NCBI GenBank assembly: GCA_015233035.1
Contig: JADFYM010000004.1
Location: 5,839-37,838 of the forward strand
DNA from: Magnetococcales bacterium
Lineage (GTDB): Bacteria; Pseudomonadota; Magnetococcia; Magnetococcales; Magnetaquicoccaceae
DNA: 32,000 nt
Direction: 5' to 3'
Within the stretch, counting starts at the first letter, position 1; each line of letters starts with the position of its first letter. A model generated the notes under the pieces. It searched no databases, was not told the origin of the DNA, and saw only the letters and a program-made list of their open reading frames with translations. Below, one piece after another: positions 30,653 through 32,000 of this stretch. The position numbers were made by a program, and so were the translations under genes.

Positions 30653-31024
30653 CTACTTGGGCCGCTTCGCCCCATACCGCGACCGTCCCTGCTTGCGATT
30701 TTTGACCCCCTGTGTGTCCAACGCCCCACGTATAATATGATAACGGACACCCGGCAGATCCTTCACACGACCCCCTCGGACCAAGACCACCGAGTGCTCC
30801 TGAAGATTGTGACTCTCCCCAGGAATATAGACGGTCACCTCATGCCCATTGGTCAAACGCACGCGCGCCACCTTGCGCAGGGCCGAGTTCGGCTTTTTGG
30901 GGGTGGTCGTATACACACGAGTGCAGACACCACGCTTTTGTGGACAAGCCCCCATCGCTGGCACGTTCGTCTTTTTGACCTGTGACTGGCGTCCAATACG
31001 GACTAACTGGTTAACGGTCGGCAT
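30653..31024 (-). CDS. rpsL: 30S ribosomal protein S12
   Basis: '[100 protein letters not shown]'. Start trimmed from 31111 to ATG at 31024. Confidence 0.99.
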   Translation of the reverse strand: MPTVNQLVRIGRQSQVKKTNVPAMGACPQKRGVCTRVYTTTPKKPNSALRKVARVRLTNGHEVTVYIPGESHNLQEHSVVLVRGGRVKDLPGVRYHIIRGALDTQGVKNRKQGRSRYGAKRPK

Positions 31025-31174
31025 AATATTGAACTCTCCAAACCCTCTCAACAGTGGGAAGCCACACTCTAAGCCAGCTCCCCATAATAACTCATAAATC
31101 GGATATGTCAACGGCCAGACAAACCCACTGCATCTTTTTTTTTGCCACCCCCCCAGACCAAACCAGGCGGTCTA

Positions 31175-32000
<826 letters not shown>

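Noticed and set aside
30653-31024. Possible streptomycin-resistance substitution in S12
   Set aside because: The key region reads '[19 protein letters not shown]', the usual sensitive-type sequence with lysines intact.

Overview
This 32-kb window is almost entirely coding and looks like a conserved chromosomal region. From about 12.7 kb to the right edge, the minus strand carries one long collinear array: rpoC(3' end)-rpsL-rpsG-fusA-tuf-S10/spc/alpha ribosomal genes-secY-rpmJ-rpsM-rpsK-rpsD-rpoA-rplQ. A YkuD-type L,D-transpeptidase follows in the same orientation. The left 11 kb holds a two-gene DIC-accumulation (DAB-type) locus, a GapR/DUF2312 gene, htpG, a UDP-glucuronate decarboxylase-like gene, a fused thiS-thiG gene translationally coupled to a HybE-like ORF, and a small lipoprotein gene. 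GapR plus the overall character suggest an alphaproteobacterium-related, possibly Magnetococcia-like, lineage; this is inference, with no database search. I do not see a convincing novel defence or mobile system. The points most worth a second look are: the ThiS-ThiG fusion with the ThiS Gly-Gly buried inside the chain and its HybE-like partner; a NuoM-like rather than NuoL-like partner for DabA; a dispersed G/C-block palindromic repeat family; a separate 71-bp near-perfect inverted repeat; Cys-containing (putative Zn-binding) forms of S4, S14 and L36 in one cluster; and two unusual intergenic spacers inside the ribosomal operon.
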